A stretch of DNA of 64,000 nt from Alphaproteobacteria bacterium UBA6411 (GTDB lineage Bacteria; Pseudomonadota; Alphaproteobacteria; CAAGCB01; CAG-977): positions 8,544 through 72,543 of the forward strand of contig DJPN01000006.1 in the NCBI GenBank assembly GCA_002438565.1. Reading direction: 5' to 3'. A model generated the notes under the pieces. It was not told the DNA's origin, did not search any database, and saw only the letters and a program-made list of their open reading frames with translations. The position numbers and the translations under genes were made by a program. Positions 41,304-51,955 of this stretch are shown here, piece by piece; within the stretch, counting starts at the first letter, position 1, and every line of letters starts with the position of its first letter.

Positions 41304-42546
41304 AGCGCAAAGCCTCCACAGGGTCTAATCTTGCCGCGCGCCAAGACGGATAAATCGTCGCGGCGAACGATAAAAACAAAGCCATTGCCACAACGGCGAC
41401 GACTTCGACGGGGTTGACTTCGGCAGGCAGGCGCGACAAAAAGTAGATTTCGGCTGAAAACAAATCCGTTCCCGTCAAACTTTCCAAGAAACGGCGAATA
41501 TTTTCGATGTTTTCGCAGAACACAAGCCCGACCAGCACGCCGAACAAAGTGCCGAAAAACCCGATGGACGCGCCGCTCATAAAGAAAATGCGCATAATCA
41601 TCCCGCGCGTCGCCCCCATGGTGCGCAACACGGCGATGTCGCGGCCTTTGTCCTTGACCAGCATAATCAAACCCGAAATCATATTGAACGCCGCAACAAC
41701 GATAATCAGCGTCAAAATCAAAAACATCACGTTGCGTTCGACTTGAATCGCGTTGAAAAACGCCGCGTTCGACCGCTGCCAGTCGTAAATCCGAAATCCG
41801 CCGCCCAGCTGCGCCGCCGCGGCTTCCTGCACGCTTTTGACCAAATCGTGGTTATCCAAAAACAGTTCCAGATTCGTCACGCCGTCGTCCATATTGAAAA
41901 ATTTTTGCGCTTCGGCCAGCGGCATAAAGATAAAACCCGAATCGTATTCGTACATCCCGACGGAAAACGTCCCGCCGACGGTGTACGACCTCATTCTGGG
42001 GATTGAGCCGAACGCGGTCACCGTGCCTTTGGGCGAAATCAGCGTGATTTCCTCGCCCGCATAAACTCCGAGCTTTTGCGCCAAGCGGTCGCCGATGAAT
42101 ACGGTATTCGGTTCGTTGAATTCCTCCAGCCTGCCGCCGACCAGACTGTTTTTCAAAATGTCGCGGCGGGTGAAGTCCTGCGGACGGATGCCGCGGACAA
42201 TCGCGCCTTGGGCGTTGCGCACGGAGCTGACCATAACCTGCCCCTCTATCAAGGGCATGACCATTTTGACGCCTTTGATTCGTGCGGCACGTTCAGCCAG
42301 TTCGTCATAGCCCGTCAAAACCGTGCCTTGATAGGCGTAAATTCCCAAATGACCGTTCAAGCCCAACACGCGGGAAAGGAGCTCTTGACGAAAGCCGTTC
42401 ATCACGGCCATCACGATAATCAAGGTTGCAACCCCCAACATAATCCCCAAAAAGGAAAACGCCGCAATGACGGAAACAAACCCCTCTTTGCGCCGCGCCC
42501 GCAAATAGCGGAATGCAACCATTCGTTCAAACGCCGAAAAGATCAT
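41296..42546 (-). CDS. lolC: Lipoprotein-releasing system permease (LolC/LolE family)
   Basis: 416 aa. FtsX-like, 4 TM with a large periplasmic loop. Upstream of lolD. Confidence 0.85.
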   Translation of the reverse strand: MIFSAFERMVAFRYLRARRKEGFVSVIAAFSFLGIMLGVATLIIVMAVMNGFRQELLSRVLGLNGHLGIYAYQGTVLTGYDELAERAARIKGVKMVMPLIEGQVMVSSVRNAQGAIVRGIRPQDFTRRDILKNSLVGGRLEEFNEPNTVFIGDRLAQKLGVYAGEEITLISPKGTVTAFGSIPRMRSYTVGGTFSVGMYEYDSGFIFMPLAEAQKFFNMDDGVTNLELFLDNHDLVKSVQEAAAAQLGGGFRIYDWQRSNAAFFNAIQVERNVMFLILTLIIVVAAFNMISGLIMLVKDKGRDIAVLRTMGATRGMIMRIFFMSGASIGFFGTLFGVLVGLVFCENIENIRRFLESLTGTDLFSAEIYFLSRLPAEVNPVEVVAVVAMALFLSFAATIYPSWRAARLDPVEALRYE

Positions 42547-42565
42547 CTTTCCCCCGTACGGTTGA

Positions 42566-43885
42566 TTACTTGATCAAAAAAGCAACAGCCGCTTCGGGCG
42601 TCATTTCCATGCGTTCGCCCGTCTTGCGGTTTTTGACTTCGACAACGCCGTTCGCCAGTCCGCGCGATCCGACAATCAGCTGATACGGCAAACCGATTAA
42701 ATCCATCGTCGAAAACTTCACGCCCGCGCGTTCGTCGCGATCGTCGTACAGCACTTCGACGCCCGCTTTTTGCAGTTGAGCGTACAAGTCTTCGCACGCT
42801 TTGTCCGTTTCGGCCTTGCCCGTCGTCAAGTTGACCAGTCCGACTTTGAACGGAGCGACGGATTCCGGCCAAATGATGCCGCTGTCGTCGTGCGACGCTT
42901 CAATAATCGCGCCCATCAGACGCGACACGCCGATACCGTAGCAGCCGCCCTCGAACAAAACAGGCTTGCCGTCTTCACCCGTAACGGCGACGTTCATCGG
43001 CTTCGAGTATTTTTTGCCGTAGTAGAACACCTGCCCGACTTCGATGCCGCGCGCGCTCAACAGATTGCCGCCGACGGCTTTGGCTTCGGCTTCGTCGTAT
43101 TTTTCCTCGGTCGCGGCGTACAGCGACGTCCATTTTTGGTACAGCGGTTCCAAATCCGAATCATAGTCAATGTTTTCGGACGGGATTTCCATATCCAGAT
43201 ACGCTTTGTCGCAGTAAACTTGTTCTTCGCCCGTATCCGCCAAAACGATGAATTCATGGCTCAAATCCCCGCCGATGGGACCCGTGGACGCTTTCATCGG
43301 AATCGCGTGAACACCGCAGCGCGCGAACGTGCGCAGATAAGCGACGAACATTTTGTTATAGGAATGTTTCGCGCCCTCGTACGTCAAATCGAACGAATAG
43401 GCGTCTTTCATCAAAAATTCGCGGCCGCGCATCACGCCGAAACGGGGACGGACTTCGTCGCGGAATTTCCATTGAATATTGTACAGGATTTTCGGTGCTT
43501 CCTTGTAGCTTTTCAGTTCGTTGCGCACCAAGTCGTTAATCACTTCCTCGGCGGTCGGACCGTAGACCAGAACGCGGTCGTGACGGTCGGTAACGCGCAA
43601 CATTTCGGGACCGTAAGCGTCGTAGCGCCCGCTGTCTTTCCACAAATCGGACGGCTGCAAAGTCGGCATCAGCAATTCCTGCGCACCCGCGCGATCCTGT
43701 TCTTCGCGCACGATGTTTTCGATTTTTTTCAGCACGCGCAATCCCAAAGGCAGCCAAGTGTAAATTCCCGCGCTGCTTTGGCGGATCATGCCTGCGCGCA
43801 GCATCAAGCGGTGGGATACGATTTGGGCTTCAACCGGATTTTCTTTCAAAGTCGGCATAAAATAACGGGATAAACGCATAGTCAT
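42566..43885 (-). CDS. proS: Prolyl-tRNA synthetase (short alphaproteobacterial/eukaryote-like type)
   Basis: 439 aa class II aa[16 protein letters not shown]-terminus. Confidence 0.9.
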   Translation of the reverse strand: MTMRLSRYFMPTLKENPVEAQIVSHRLMLRAGMIRQSSAGIYTWLPLGLRVLKKIENIVREEQDRAGAQELLMPTLQPSDLWKDSGRYDAYGPEMLRVTDRHDRVLVYGPTAEEVINDLVRNELKSYKEAPKILYNIQWKFRDEVRPRFGVMRGREFLMKDAYSFDLTYEGAKHSYNKMFVAYLRTFARCGVHAIPMKASTGPIGGDLSHEFIVLADTGEEQVYCDKAYLDMEIPSENIDYDSDLEPLYQKWTSLYAATEEKYDEAEAKAVGGNLLSARGIEVGQVFYYGKKYSKPMNVAVTGEDGKPVLFEGGCYGIGVSRLMGAIIEASHDDSGIIWPESVAPFKVGLVNLTTGKAETDKACEDLYAQLQKAGVEVLYDDRDERAGVKFSTMDLIGLPYQLIVGSRGLANGVVEVKNRKTGERMEMTPEAAVAFLIK

Positions 43886-44020
43886 ACTCTTTTTTTAACA
43901 CACGAAAACAACGGGCGCGGCATGCACCCTTTGGATTGAACTTTAAGCAATCCGTCGCCAATAAGCAAAGCTTTTTTAGTTTCGGCGACAAAGATTTTTA
44001 ATTTGCGCCCTCTAACGCAC

Positions 44021-44052
44021 GACCCCCGATTACAGGTCGGGGGTCGTTTTTT
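44021..44052 (+). terminator. Intrinsic-terminator-like hairpin plus T-run, oriented for the + strand only, in the proS-lon intergenic region
   Basis: GACCCCCGA-ttacagg-TCGGGGGTC, a 9-bp GC-rich stem, followed by GTTTTTT. The reverse complement has the A-run before the hairpin rather than after it. Confidence 0.4.
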
Positions 44053-44056
44053 CATA

Positions 44057-46471
44057 TCAATGACAGGAAACCGTTTCTTCCGGTTCTTTATCCTCGTCGG
44101 ACAAAGCGGCATGCGGTTCCTCATCCTCGTTCCATTCAATCGGCACCAAAGGCTGAATCAGAGCGTGCTTCAGCACCTCCTCCGCCGTTGAAACGGGAAT
44201 CAGGTTCAATCCGTGTTTCACGTTGTCGGGGATTTCCTCCAAATCCTTTTGATTATCGAAAGGAATCAGAACGGTTTTAATTCCCGCCCGCAAAGCCGCC
44301 AGCAGTTTTTCTTTCAGCCCGCCGATCGGCAGAACGCGCCCCAACAAAGTGATTTCGCCCGTCATCGCGATATCTTTGGAAACGGGAATTCCCGTCAAAG
44401 CCGACACCAGCGACGTGCACATCGCAATTCCCGCCGACGGGCCGTCTTTCGGCGTTGCGCCCTCGGGAACGTGAATGTGAATATCGCGTTTGTCGAACAG
44501 GTCTGGACGGATACCGAATTGAATCGCGTGCGAACGCACATACGACCGCGCGGCGGAAATGGATTCTTTCATCACATCGCCCAGCTGTCCCGTTTGAATG
44601 ACGCGCCCGTGTCCCGGCATGGTTACCGCCTCTATCGACAGAATTTCACCGCCGACTTCCGTCCACGCCAAGCCCGTTGTCACACCGACCAAGTCCTGTT
44701 TTTCCGCAACGCCGAACGTATATACGGGAACGCCCGCGTATTTTTTCAAGTTCTTTTCGGTAACAGTCACCGATTTTTTCTTGTCCGAAGTCATCAGTTC
44801 CTTGGTCGCTTTGCGCGCCAAACCGGCCAAAGCGCGGTCCAGACTGCGGACGCCCGCTTCGCGCGTATACAGCCGAATCAGCTGACGCAAAGCCCCGTCG
44901 GTAATCGACCATTCGTTTTCTTTCAATCCCGCGGCTTCACGCTGCTTTTTAATCAAGTGGCGTTTGGCGATTTCGACCTTTTCGTCCTCGGTATAACCCG
45001 CAATGCGGATGATTTCCATACGATCCAGCAAAGGACGCGGCATTTTCAGCGAGTTCGCCGTCGTGATGAACATCACGTCGGACAGGTCGTAGTCGACTTC
45101 CAAATAATGGTCGTTGAACGTGCTGTTTTGCGCGGGGTCAAGGACTTCCAGCAAAGCGGAAGACGGGTCGCCGCGCCAATCCGCGCCCAGCTTGTCGATT
45201 TCATCCAGCAAAAACAGCGGATTGCGGGTTTTGACCTTTTTCATGCTTTGAATGATTTTCCCCGGCAAAGCCCCGACGTAAGTGCGGCGGTGACCGCGAA
45301 TCTCGGCCTCGTCGCGCATACCGCCCAAGCTGGCGCGCACGAACTTGCGTCCCGTCGCCCGCGCGATGGATTCGCCCAAAGACGTTTTGCCCACCCCGGG
45401 AGGGCCGACCAAGCACAAAATCGGTCCTTTGACGGATTTTGTTTTCTTTTGCACCGCCAAATATTCCAAAATGCGCTCTTTGACCTTTTCCAAACCGTAG
45501 TGGTCTTGGTCGAGGATTTTTTCGGCGGCCGCCAAATCCGTTTGGATTTTCGCCTTTTTGCCCCACGGCAAATCAATCAGCCAATCCAAGTAGTTGCGGA
45601 TGACCGTCGCTTCGGACGACATGGGGCTCATGTGGCGCAGTTTTTTCAGTTCGGACAAAGCCTTTGCATTGGCTTCGGCGGACATTTTCGCCTTTTTAAT
45701 TTTGGCTTCCAATTCGTCGTATTCGGCGGAACCGTCGTCGTCGCCCAGCTCTTTTTGAATAGCTTTCATCTGTTCGTTCAGATAATAGTCGCGCTGGGAT
45801 TTTTCCATTTGCTTTTTGACGCGGCGGCGGATTTTCTTTTCAACCTGCAGAACGTCCTTTTCGGCTTCCATCAATCCGTACAGTTTCTCGACGCGCGCCA
45901 GAACGTCCGCCGTTTCCAGCAAATCCTGCCGTTCCGAGATTTTCAGCGACAAATGCGACGCAATCACGTCCGCCAGTTTCGACGCGTCGTCAATCTGCGC
46001 AATCGACAGCATGATTTCGGGCGGAATTTTTTTGTTCAAGCGGACGTATTCTTCAAATTGGGAAATCAACGAACGCACAAAAGCCTGCACGTCTTCTTTT
46101 TCGTTGATTTTGTCCGCAACGGCTTCGGTTTCCGCTTCGTAAAAAGCAGCGTTATCCAAAAAGCGTTTGATTTTGACGCGTTCGACGCCTTCGACCAAAG
46201 CTTTGACCGTGCCGTCAGGCAAACGTAGCAGCTGAACCACGTTGCCGATTGTCCCCGTGGTGTACAGTTCTTCGGGCAAGGGCGAATCTAGCGACGGGTC
46301 TTTCTGCGTCAGCAAAACAATTTTTTTGTCGCCGCCCATGGCTTTGTCCAACGCTTTAACGGACTTTTCGCGTCCGACAAACAAAGGTACAATCATATGC
46401 GGAAAGATAACGATGTCGCGCAACAGCAACACGGGATAGGTTTGTTCTTGAATAGGTGTATCCATAGTCAC
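44057..46471 (-). CDS. lon: ATP-dependent Lon protease
   Basis: 804 aa. LON N-domain, AAA+ (GPPGVGKTS), S16 protease domain (PKDGPSAG). Confidence 0.95.
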   Translation of the reverse strand: MTMDTPIQEQTYPVLLLRDIVIFPHMIVPLFVGREKSVKALDKAMGGDKKIVLLTQKDPSLDSPLPEELYTTGTIGNVVQLLRLPDGTVKALVEGVERVKIKRFLDNAAFYEAETEAVADKINEKEDVQAFVRSLISQFEEYVRLNKKIPPEIMLSIAQIDDASKLADVIASHLSLKISERQDLLETADVLARVEKLYGLMEAEKDVLQVEKKIRRRVKKQMEKSQRDYYLNEQMKAIQKELGDDDGSAEYDELEAKIKKAKMSAEANAKALSELKKLRHMSPMSSEATVIRNYLDWLIDLPWGKKAKIQTDLAAAEKILDQDHYGLEKVKERILEYLAVQKKTKSVKGPILCLVGPPGVGKTSLGESIARATGRKFVRASLGGMRDEAEIRGHRRTYVGALPGKIIQSMKKVKTRNPLFLLDEIDKLGADWRGDPSSALLEVLDPAQNSTFNDHYLEVDYDLSDVMFITTANSLKMPRPLLDRMEIIRIAGYTEDEKVEIAKRHLIKKQREAAGLKENEWSITDGALRQLIRLYTREAGVRSLDRALAGLARKATKELMTSDKKKSVTVTEKNLKKYAGVPVYTFGVAEKQDLVGVTTGLAWTEVGGEILSIEAVTMPGHGRVIQTGQLGDVMKESISAARSYVRSHAIQFGIRPDLFDKRDIHIHVPEGATPKDGPSAGIAMCTSLVSALTGIPVSKDIAMTGEITLLGRVLPIGGLKEKLLAALRAGIKTVLIPFDNQKDLEEIPDNVKHGLNLIPVSTAEEVLKHALIQPLVPIEWNEDEEPHAALSDEDKEPEETVSCH

Positions 46472-46508
46472 CTTTCTCCTAGCATTAAGGGTTGTTTATT
46501 TTCCTTAT

Positions 46509-46537
46509 AGATAAGGGACAAAAATCTGGAAAGCAAG
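46509..46537 (-). promoter_or_regulatory. RpoH (sigma32)-type heat-shock promoter candidate upstream of lon
   Basis: On the minus strand, CTTG, a 17-nt spacer, then CCTTATCT, about 40 nt upstream of the lon ATG. Matches the alphaproteobacterial sigma32 consensus CTTG-N17-CYTATNT. Confidence 0.35.
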
Positions 46538-46556
46538 AAGCCGGCGCTTAAAAAAA

Positions 46557-47831
46557 TTACGACGCGGCTTCCGTTTTTTTCTTGGATTTCTGGGCGTAGA
46601 TAATCAGCGGTTTGTTTTCGCCCGCGACGGCTTTTTCGTCAACGACGACTTCCGTCACGTTTTCCAACCCCGGCAGCTCGAACATCGTTTCTAGCAGCAA
46701 CCCTTCGATAATCGCGCGCAACCCGCGGGCGCCCGTCTTGCGTTCAACGGCTTTCTTGGCGATTTCCTTCAGCGCCGCGTCCGTAAAGGTCAGTTTGACA
46801 TTTTCCATCGCGAACAGCGTCTGATACTGCTTGACCAAAGCGTTTTTCGGCTGAACCAAAATTTCAACCAAAGCCGCTTCGTCCAAATCGTCCAAAGTCG
46901 TCAAAACGGGAACACGCCCGATGAATTCGGGAATCAATCCGAATTTCAGCAAATCTTCGGGTTCGATGTCGTGCAGGATTTCGCCCGTTTTGCGGTCGTC
47001 CTCGGCTGTGACTTTCGCCCCGAATCCGATGGAGGATTTGTTCGTGCGCTGCTGGATGATTTTTTCCAATCCCGCGAACGCTCCGCCGCAAATGAACAGA
47101 ATGTTCGTCGTGTCAACCTGCAAGAATTCCTGTTGCGGGTGTTTGCGTCCGCCCTGCGGCGGAACGGAAGCGACCGTGCCTTCCATAATTTTCAGCAAAG
47201 CCTGCTGAACACCCTCGCCCGACACGTCGCGGGTAATCGACGGGTTTTCGGATTTTTTGGAAATCTTGTCGATTTCATCAATGTAGATAATGCCGCGCTG
47301 CGCCTTTTCGATATTGTAATCGGCGGCCTGCAGCAGCTTCAAAATGATGTTTTCAACATCTTCGCCGACATAGCCCGCTTCGGTCAAAGTCGTCGCGTCA
47401 GCCATGCAGAACGGCACGTCCAAAATGCGCGCCAACGTGCTGGCAAGCAGCGTTTTGCCCGATCCCGTCGGCCCGACCAGCAAAATGTTGGATTTCGAGA
47501 TTTCCACGTCGGACGTCTTGGCTTCCTGCGTCTGCAGGCGTTTGTAGTGGTTGTAAACACTGACCGCCAAAACTTTTTTGGCGTATTCCTGCCCGATGAC
47601 GTAATCGTCCAGCACTTCTTTGATTTTCTGCGGCGTCGGGATTTTATCGGATACCGCCGCGCCTTTTTCCTTGGCTTCATCCGCGATAATGTCGGTGCAA
47701 AGCCCGACACATTCGTCGCAGATATAGACATTCGGTCCCGCAATCAGTTTTTTGACTTCATGCTGGCTTTTGCCGCAAAAAGAACAGTACAGAGTTCCTT
47801 TTTTTTCTTCTTTGGACGGTGTTTTCGTCAT
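46557..47831 (-). CDS. clpX: ATP-dependent Clp protease ATP-binding subunit ClpX. Start moved to the ATG at 47831 ([21 protein letters not shown]..).
   Basis: C4 zinc finger directly after the chosen start. AAA+ motifs (GPTGSGKT). Confidence 0.93.
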   Translation of the reverse strand: MTKTPSKEEKKGTLYCSFCGKSQHEVKKLIAGPNVYICDECVGLCTDIIADEAKEKGAAVSDKIPTPQKIKEVLDDYVIGQEYAKKVLAVSVYNHYKRLQTQEAKTSDVEISKSNILLVGPTGSGKTLLASTLARILDVPFCMADATTLTEAGYVGEDVENIILKLLQAADYNIEKAQRGIIYIDEIDKISKKSENPSITRDVSGEGVQQALLKIMEGTVASVPPQGGRKHPQQEFLQVDTTNILFICGGAFAGLEKIIQQRTNKSSIGFGAKVTAEDDRKTGEILHDIEPEDLLKFGLIPEFIGRVPVLTTLDDLDEAALVEILVQPKNALVKQYQTLFAMENVKLTFTDAALKEIAKKAVERKTGARGLRAIIEGLLLETMFELPGLENVTEVVVDEKAVAGENKPLIIYAQKSKKKTEAAS

Positions 47832-47903
47832 CGCAGTTATCCTTGGTTTTTGTCTTGGTTTGATGTTACACGCTGCGCCAAACAAAGGCAATAAGTATTA
47901 TGG

Positions 47904-48533
47904 TTACGCTTCCGTTTTCGGGCGGGCTTTGACCACTTCGTCGACCAGACCGAACGCCTGCGCTTCCTCGGCGCTCATAAAGTTATCGCGCTCCATGGCT
48001 TTTTCAATCGTTTCCAAATCCTGCCCCGTGCGTTCGACATAGATGTTGTTCAGCCGCGCGCGCAAAGCCAGAATTTCACGGGCGTGAATTTCAATATCGC
48101 TCGCTTGTCCGCGGAAACCGCCCGACGGCTGATGAATCATCACGCGCGCGTTGGGCAGACAGAAACGCTTGCCTTTCTGCCCCGCCGCCAGCAGCAGCGA
48201 TCCCATGGAAGCCGCCTGTCCGATGCACAGCGTCGACACGTCACAACGGATATAGTTCATCGTGTCGAAAATCGCCATACCCGACGTTACAACGCCGCCG
48301 GGGGAATTGATGTAAAAAGCGATGTCTTTGTTCGGATTTTCGGATTCCAGGAACAGCAGCTGCGCGCAAATCAAGCTCGCCACTTCGTCCTGCACTTCGC
48401 CCGTCAAAAACACAATGCGTTCTTTGAGCAAGCGGGAATAAATGTCAAAAGACCGTTCCCCCCGACTGGTCTGTTCAATGACCATCGGCACCAGAGTATT
48501 CATATAAACGTCCATCGGATCGCGTTCGTGCAT
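47904..48533 (-). CDS. clpP: ATP-dependent Clp protease proteolytic subunit
   Basis: 209 aa. Conserved ..[32 protein letters not shown].. catalytic Ser region. Confidence 0.95.
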   Translation of the reverse strand: MHERDPMDVYMNTLVPMVIEQTSRGERSFDIYSRLLKERIVFLTGEVQDEVASLICAQLLFLESENPNKDIAFYINSPGGVVTSGMAIFDTMNYIRCDVSTLCIGQAASMGSLLLAAGQKGKRFCLPNARVMIHQPSGGFRGQASDIEIHAREILALRARLNNIYVERTGQDLETIEKAMERDNFMSAEEAQAFGLVDEVVKARPKTEA

Positions 48534-48562
48534 TTTATCCTCGCTTTATAATTCGACCAAAA

Positions 48563-48590
48563 GGAACCTGCGGAAAAATCCGCGGGTTCC
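48563..48590 (-). terminator. Hairpin terminator candidate after tig
   Basis: GGAACCTGCGGA-aaaa-TCCGCGGGTTCC (one mismatch), flanked by T-runs on both strands. Located 28 nt downstream of the tig stop. Confidence 0.4.
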
Positions 48591-48617
48591 TTCGATTTTT
48601 TCAAGCCTTAAACCGGA

Positions 48618-50066
48618 TTATTCTTCGGTTTTGGCGGTTTTCTTTTTGGCGGGAGCCTTTTTGGGTTTGTCTTCCTTTTCGGCTTCCTTGTCGGCGGCTT
48701 TTTTAGCCGTCGATTTTTTGGCTTTTTTCGCCGCGGGCTTCGCGTCTTCGGCATCAGCCTTGTACAGTTCTTCCGGCGTTACTTTCTTTTCGTTCAGCTT
48801 CACGCCTTTCAGAATAAAGTCGATGACTTTTTCTTCAAACAGCGGAGCGCGCAAACGATCCAGCATTTCGGGATGTTTCGCATAGAAATCGAAAACAGCC
48901 TTTTCCTGACCGGGGAACTGGCGGGCTTCCATCATAATGGCGCGGTTCAAATCGGCGTCGGTGACGGCGATTTTGTTCTTCATGCCGATTTCGGCAAGCA
49001 GCAGGCCCAAACGGACGCGGCGTTCCGCAATTGCGCGGTAGGCGTCTTTGAGTTCTTCTTCGGTCTTTCCGGCGTCGTCTTCGTCCAAACGGCCGGCCTT
49101 TTTCGCGGCTTCAACCTGTTTCCAAATCGCGTCGAATTCCAAATCCAGCATACCCTGCGGAACGGGGAAGTCGTGCGCGTCCGCCAAAGCGTCCAGCAAC
49201 AGCTTTTTCAAGTTGTTCATGGAAACGGCTTCGTATTCGCGCGCCAATTCGCCGCGAATCATTTCGCGCAGTTCGTCCAGCGTTTCCTTGCCGAAGAATT
49301 TTGCGAAAGCATCATCCAATTCGGCAGGCTTTTTGGTGCGCAATTCTTTGATTTTCACGGCAAAAACAGCGTCTTTTCCGGCCAAGTCTTTGGCATGGTA
49401 ATCGGCGGGGAACGGAACTTTGACGGAAACGTCTTCGCCCGCTTTATGGCCGATTAACTGATCTTCAAATCCCGGAATAAACGAGTTGGAACCCAGTTCC
49501 AGCGAATAGTTTTCACCCTTGCCGCCGGGGAATTCGACGCCGTCGATGGAACCGACAAAGTCGATTACGGCGATGTCGCCTTTGACCGCGGCGCGGTCTT
49601 CTTTGACGGGTTCGGACGAGCTGCGGGCGGAAGCCAAGCGTTCCAAAGCTTTCTGCACTTCGTCGTCGGGAATGTCGGCAATCAGTTTGTCCAAGGAAAT
49701 GGTGGCAAAGTCGACAGGCGTGATTTCGGGAACGACTTCAACATCCATCGTGAATTCCAAATCCTTGCCGTCGTCAAAGGAAACGACTTCGATTTTGGGG
49801 CGCATGGCGGGACGCAGGGAGCGGTCGCTCAGCGTTTTGGAGGACTGTTCCTGAATCAGTTCGTCCAACACTTCGCCCAAAACGGCTTTTTCATAGCGCT
49901 GACGCAGAAAGCTTTCGGGAGCTTTGCCTTTGCGGAAACCGGGGATGGTCGCCGTTTCGCCGATAGATTTGATTTTATCCGTGACTTTGGAAGCGATAAC
50001 GTCGGCGGGGACGACGACCTTAAAAGCATGCTTCAAGCCGTCAACTTTTGTTTCAGTAACCTGCAT
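48618..50066 (-). CDS. tig: Trigger factor. Start moved to the ATG at 50066 (MQVTETKVDGLKHAFKVV..).
   Basis: Canonical TF N-terminus. The track ORF extends 56 codons further upstream, into sequence that overlaps the tRNA-Leu gene. Confidence 0.9.
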   Translation of the reverse strand: MQVTETKVDGLKHAFKVVVPADVIASKVTDKIKSIGETATIPGFRKGKAPESFLRQRYEKAVLGEVLDELIQEQSSKTLSDRSLRPAMRPKIEVVSFDDGKDLEFTMDVEVVPEITPVDFATISLDKLIADIPDDEVQKALERLASARSSSEPVKEDRAAVKGDIAVIDFVGSIDGVEFPGGKGENYSLELGSNSFIPGFEDQLIGHKAGEDVSVKVPFPADYHAKDLAGKDAVFAVKIKELRTKKPAELDDAFAKFFGKETLDELREMIRGELAREYEAVSMNNLKKLLLDALADAHDFPVPQGMLDLEFDAIWKQVEAAKKAGRLDEDDAGKTEEELKDAYRAIAERRVRLGLLLAEIGMKNKIAVTDADLNRAIMMEARQFPGQEKAVFDFYAKHPEMLDRLRAPLFEEKVIDFILKGVKLNEKKVTPEELYKADAEDAKPAAKKAKKSTAKKAADKEAEKEDKPKKAPAKKKTAKTEE

Positions 50067-50124
50067 GAACCTAAATCCTATAAAAATAAAACACGTTTCG
50101 TCTGCCGCAAAGGGGGAAACAAAC

Positions 50125-50209
50125 TGGTGCGGGTGAAGGGACTCGAACCCCCAAGGCGCAAGCCACCGGAACCTAAATCCGGCGTGTCTACCAATTCCAC
50201 CACACCCGC
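50125..50209 (-). tRNA. tRNA-Leu (anticodon TAG), type II with a long variable arm
   Basis: Reverse complement folds as a cloverleaf. GCGGGTG/CACCCGC acceptor stem, CCGGA-TTTAGGT-TCCGG anticodon arm, long variable arm, TTCGAGT T-loop, CCA end. 85 nt. Confidence 0.85.
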
Positions 50210-50373
50210 GTTTAACTTCGCGGAAACGATTCAACAGACTTCTATATCATAAAAAGGGAAAACTGCAAACGGATTCTTTATTTTAGCAACCGAAAGGATG
50301 AAAAAAGAGGAAAAACAGAAAAAAGGACTTGAAAAACGCCCAAAACACCTTTATACAAAAGGACGGTTACAAT

Positions 50374-50449
50374 GCCGGCTTGGCACAGTTGGTAGCGCAG
50401 TTGATTTGTAATCATCAGGTCGGGGGTTCAAATCCCTCAGCCGGCACCA
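50374..50449 (+). tRNA. tRNA, probably Thr (anticodon TGT)
   Basis: 76 nt. GCCGGCT/AGCCGGC acceptor stem, AGTTGGTAG D-loop, anticodon loop TTTGTAA, GGGGG-TTCAAAT-CCCTC T-arm, ACCA end. One mismatch in the anticodon stem, so the isotype needs tRNAscan confirmation. Confidence 0.7.
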
Positions 50450-50455
50450 TAAAAA

Positions 50456-50484
50456 AGCACTCCCTTGCGGAGTGTTTTTTTATG
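50456..50484 (+). terminator. Rho-independent terminator after the tRNA
   Basis: GCACTCC-cttgc-GGAGTGT followed by TTTTTTT. Confidence 0.55.
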
Positions 50485-50625
50485 GTATCAAGCCTAAAGC
50501 GGGATTTATTCGGAATCGTCGTCCTTTTTTTCATATCGGCCGTCCATCAAAAACAGTCTATTTAGTATAATTCGGACTTGAACGGAATGCAATGAGCCTT
50601 GTCGCCGAATTGCCGTCTTAACCGC

Positions 50626-50664
50626 CCGCCCTCCTTTCCGTACAATCAAAGAAAAAGGAGGCGG
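50626..50664 (+). promoter_or_regulatory. 5'-UTR hairpin that pairs the SD of the POT transporter gene with an upstream anti-SD
   Basis: CCGCCCTCCTTT (50626-50637) is complementary, with a one-base bulge, to AAAGGAGGCGG (50654-50664). The ATG is at 50666. Confidence 0.3.
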
Positions 50665-50665
50665 A

Positions 50666-51955
50666 ATGAAAAACGATACTTTTCTGGGACACCCCAAAGG
50701 GCTTTTTTTGCTGTTCGCCTCCGAATTGTGGGAGCGTTTTTCTTTCTATGCCCTGCGCTCTGTGCTGGTTTTATACTTGACCGCCTTGACGGTTGACGGC
50801 GGATTGGGGTGGAGCAAAACAAACGCTTTGCGGCTGTACGGCATTTATACGGGATTGATTTATGTCACGCCTTTAATCGGCGGCTGGCTGGCTGACAATA
50901 AACTGGGGCAACGCAAAGCCGTTTTAATCGGCGCAATGCTGATGGCGGCTGGACAGTTCGTTTTATCGGCAATCAACGGCGGATTGTACGCCGGACTGTC
51001 TTTGCTGATTTGCGGAAACGGACTGTTCAAGCCCAATATTTCAACCATGGTCGGCGATTTGTACGATCCGAACGACAACCGGCGGGACAGCGCGTTTACG
51101 ATTTTTTACATGGGAATCAATATCGGGTCGTGTCTGGCCGGCATTGCCGCGGGAATTGTGTCCGCCGCTTATTCGTTCAAAGCGGCTTTTTTCGTTGCGG
51201 GATTGGGAATGTTAGCCGCTTTGGGACTGCAAGCTTTCTTTGCAAAACATTATTTGGGAAGCATCGGAACGCTTCCCGCGGCAAAAAAAGCGGTTGCGGA
51301 AAATAAAACCGCCCTTTCCGAACAGGAAACCGATCATCTGCGCGCCTTGCTGGTTTTAGGGGTGTTCTCGGTTGTTTTTTGGGCGGGTTTTGAACAAGCG
51401 GGCGGATTGTTGAATTTATTCGCTACGGAACAAATCAACCGCACGGTCGCGGGCGTGACTGTGCCGGCCGCTTTTTTCCAGTCGCTGAATCCGTTTTTTA
51501 TTATTGTTTTGGCGCCGCTGTTCGCATGGATTTGGGTAAAACTGGGGGACAAAGACCCAAGCTTTACCGCAAAATTCATTCTTGCTTTGATTTTTTCGGC
51601 AACCGGTTTTTTGTTCATGCTGTTTGCGGCTTGGCAAAGCCGCGACGGATCAAAAGCGTCAATGATATGGCTGATAGCCACTTATCTTTTTCACACAATC
51701 GGCGAGTTGTGCCTGTCACCGACAGGGCTGTCCATGGTGGCGCGGCTTGCCCCCGCGCGGTGTTTGTCGCTGATGATGGGCGTGTGGTTCTGTTTTTCAG
51801 CTTTGGCGAATTTCATAGCGGGCTTCGTCGGGTCGTTTTTGGACGATTGGGGTGTTCTGCCGATTTTTGCCGTCCTGCTTGCCGTCAATGCGATTGCGGC
51901 TTTTACGCTGTGGGCTTTGTCGGGAAAACTGACCCGCTGGATGCGTAAATGTTAA
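50666..51955 (+). CDS. Proton-dependent oligopeptide transporter (POT/PTR2 family, DtpT-like). Possibly C-terminally shortened.
   Basis: 429 aa. ExxERFxYY-type N-terminus (ELWERFSFYALRSVLVLYL) and FKPNIS motif (GNGLFKPNISTMVGDLY). Its 3' end overlaps, convergently, the end of the first prophage gene. Confidence 0.85.
   Translation: MKNDTFLGHPKGLFLLFASELWERFSFYALRSVLVLYLTALTVDGGLGWSKTNALRLYGIYTGLIYVTPLIGGWLADNKLGQRKAVLIGAMLMAAGQFVLSAINGGLYAGLSLLICGNGLFKPNISTMVGDLYDPNDNRRDSAFTIFYMGINIGSCLAGIAAGIVSAAYSFKAAFFVAGLGMLAALGLQAFFAKHYLGSIGTLPAAKKAVAENKTALSEQETDHLRALLVLGVFSVVFWAGFEQAGGLLNLFATEQINRTVAGVTVPAAFFQSLNPFFIIVLAPLFAWIWVKLGDKDPSFTAKFILALIFSATGFLFMLFAAWQSRDGSKASMIWLIATYLFHTIGELCLSPTGLSMVARLAPARCLSLMMGVWFCFSALANFIAGFVGSFLDDWGVLPIFAVLLAVNAIAAFTLWALSGKLTRWMRKC

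Noticed and set aside
44021-44052. Interpretation of the hairpin as the lon terminator
   Set aside because: On the minus strand the U-tract is absent; the A-run precedes the stem. Orientation fits + strand termination only, so it is reported instead as an orphan terminator or sRNA candidate.
43882-44139. 85-aa minus-strand ORF in the proS-lon spacer
   Set aside because: Overlaps the lon 3' end and the terminator hairpin. Basic, low-complexity product. No SD.
44213-46228. 671-aa + strand ORF inside lon
   Set aside because: Antisense to the Lon protease gene. No recognisable domains.
50028-50252. 74-aa + strand ORF upstream of tig
   Set aside because: Entirely overlaps the minus-strand tRNA-Leu gene and the tig 5' region.
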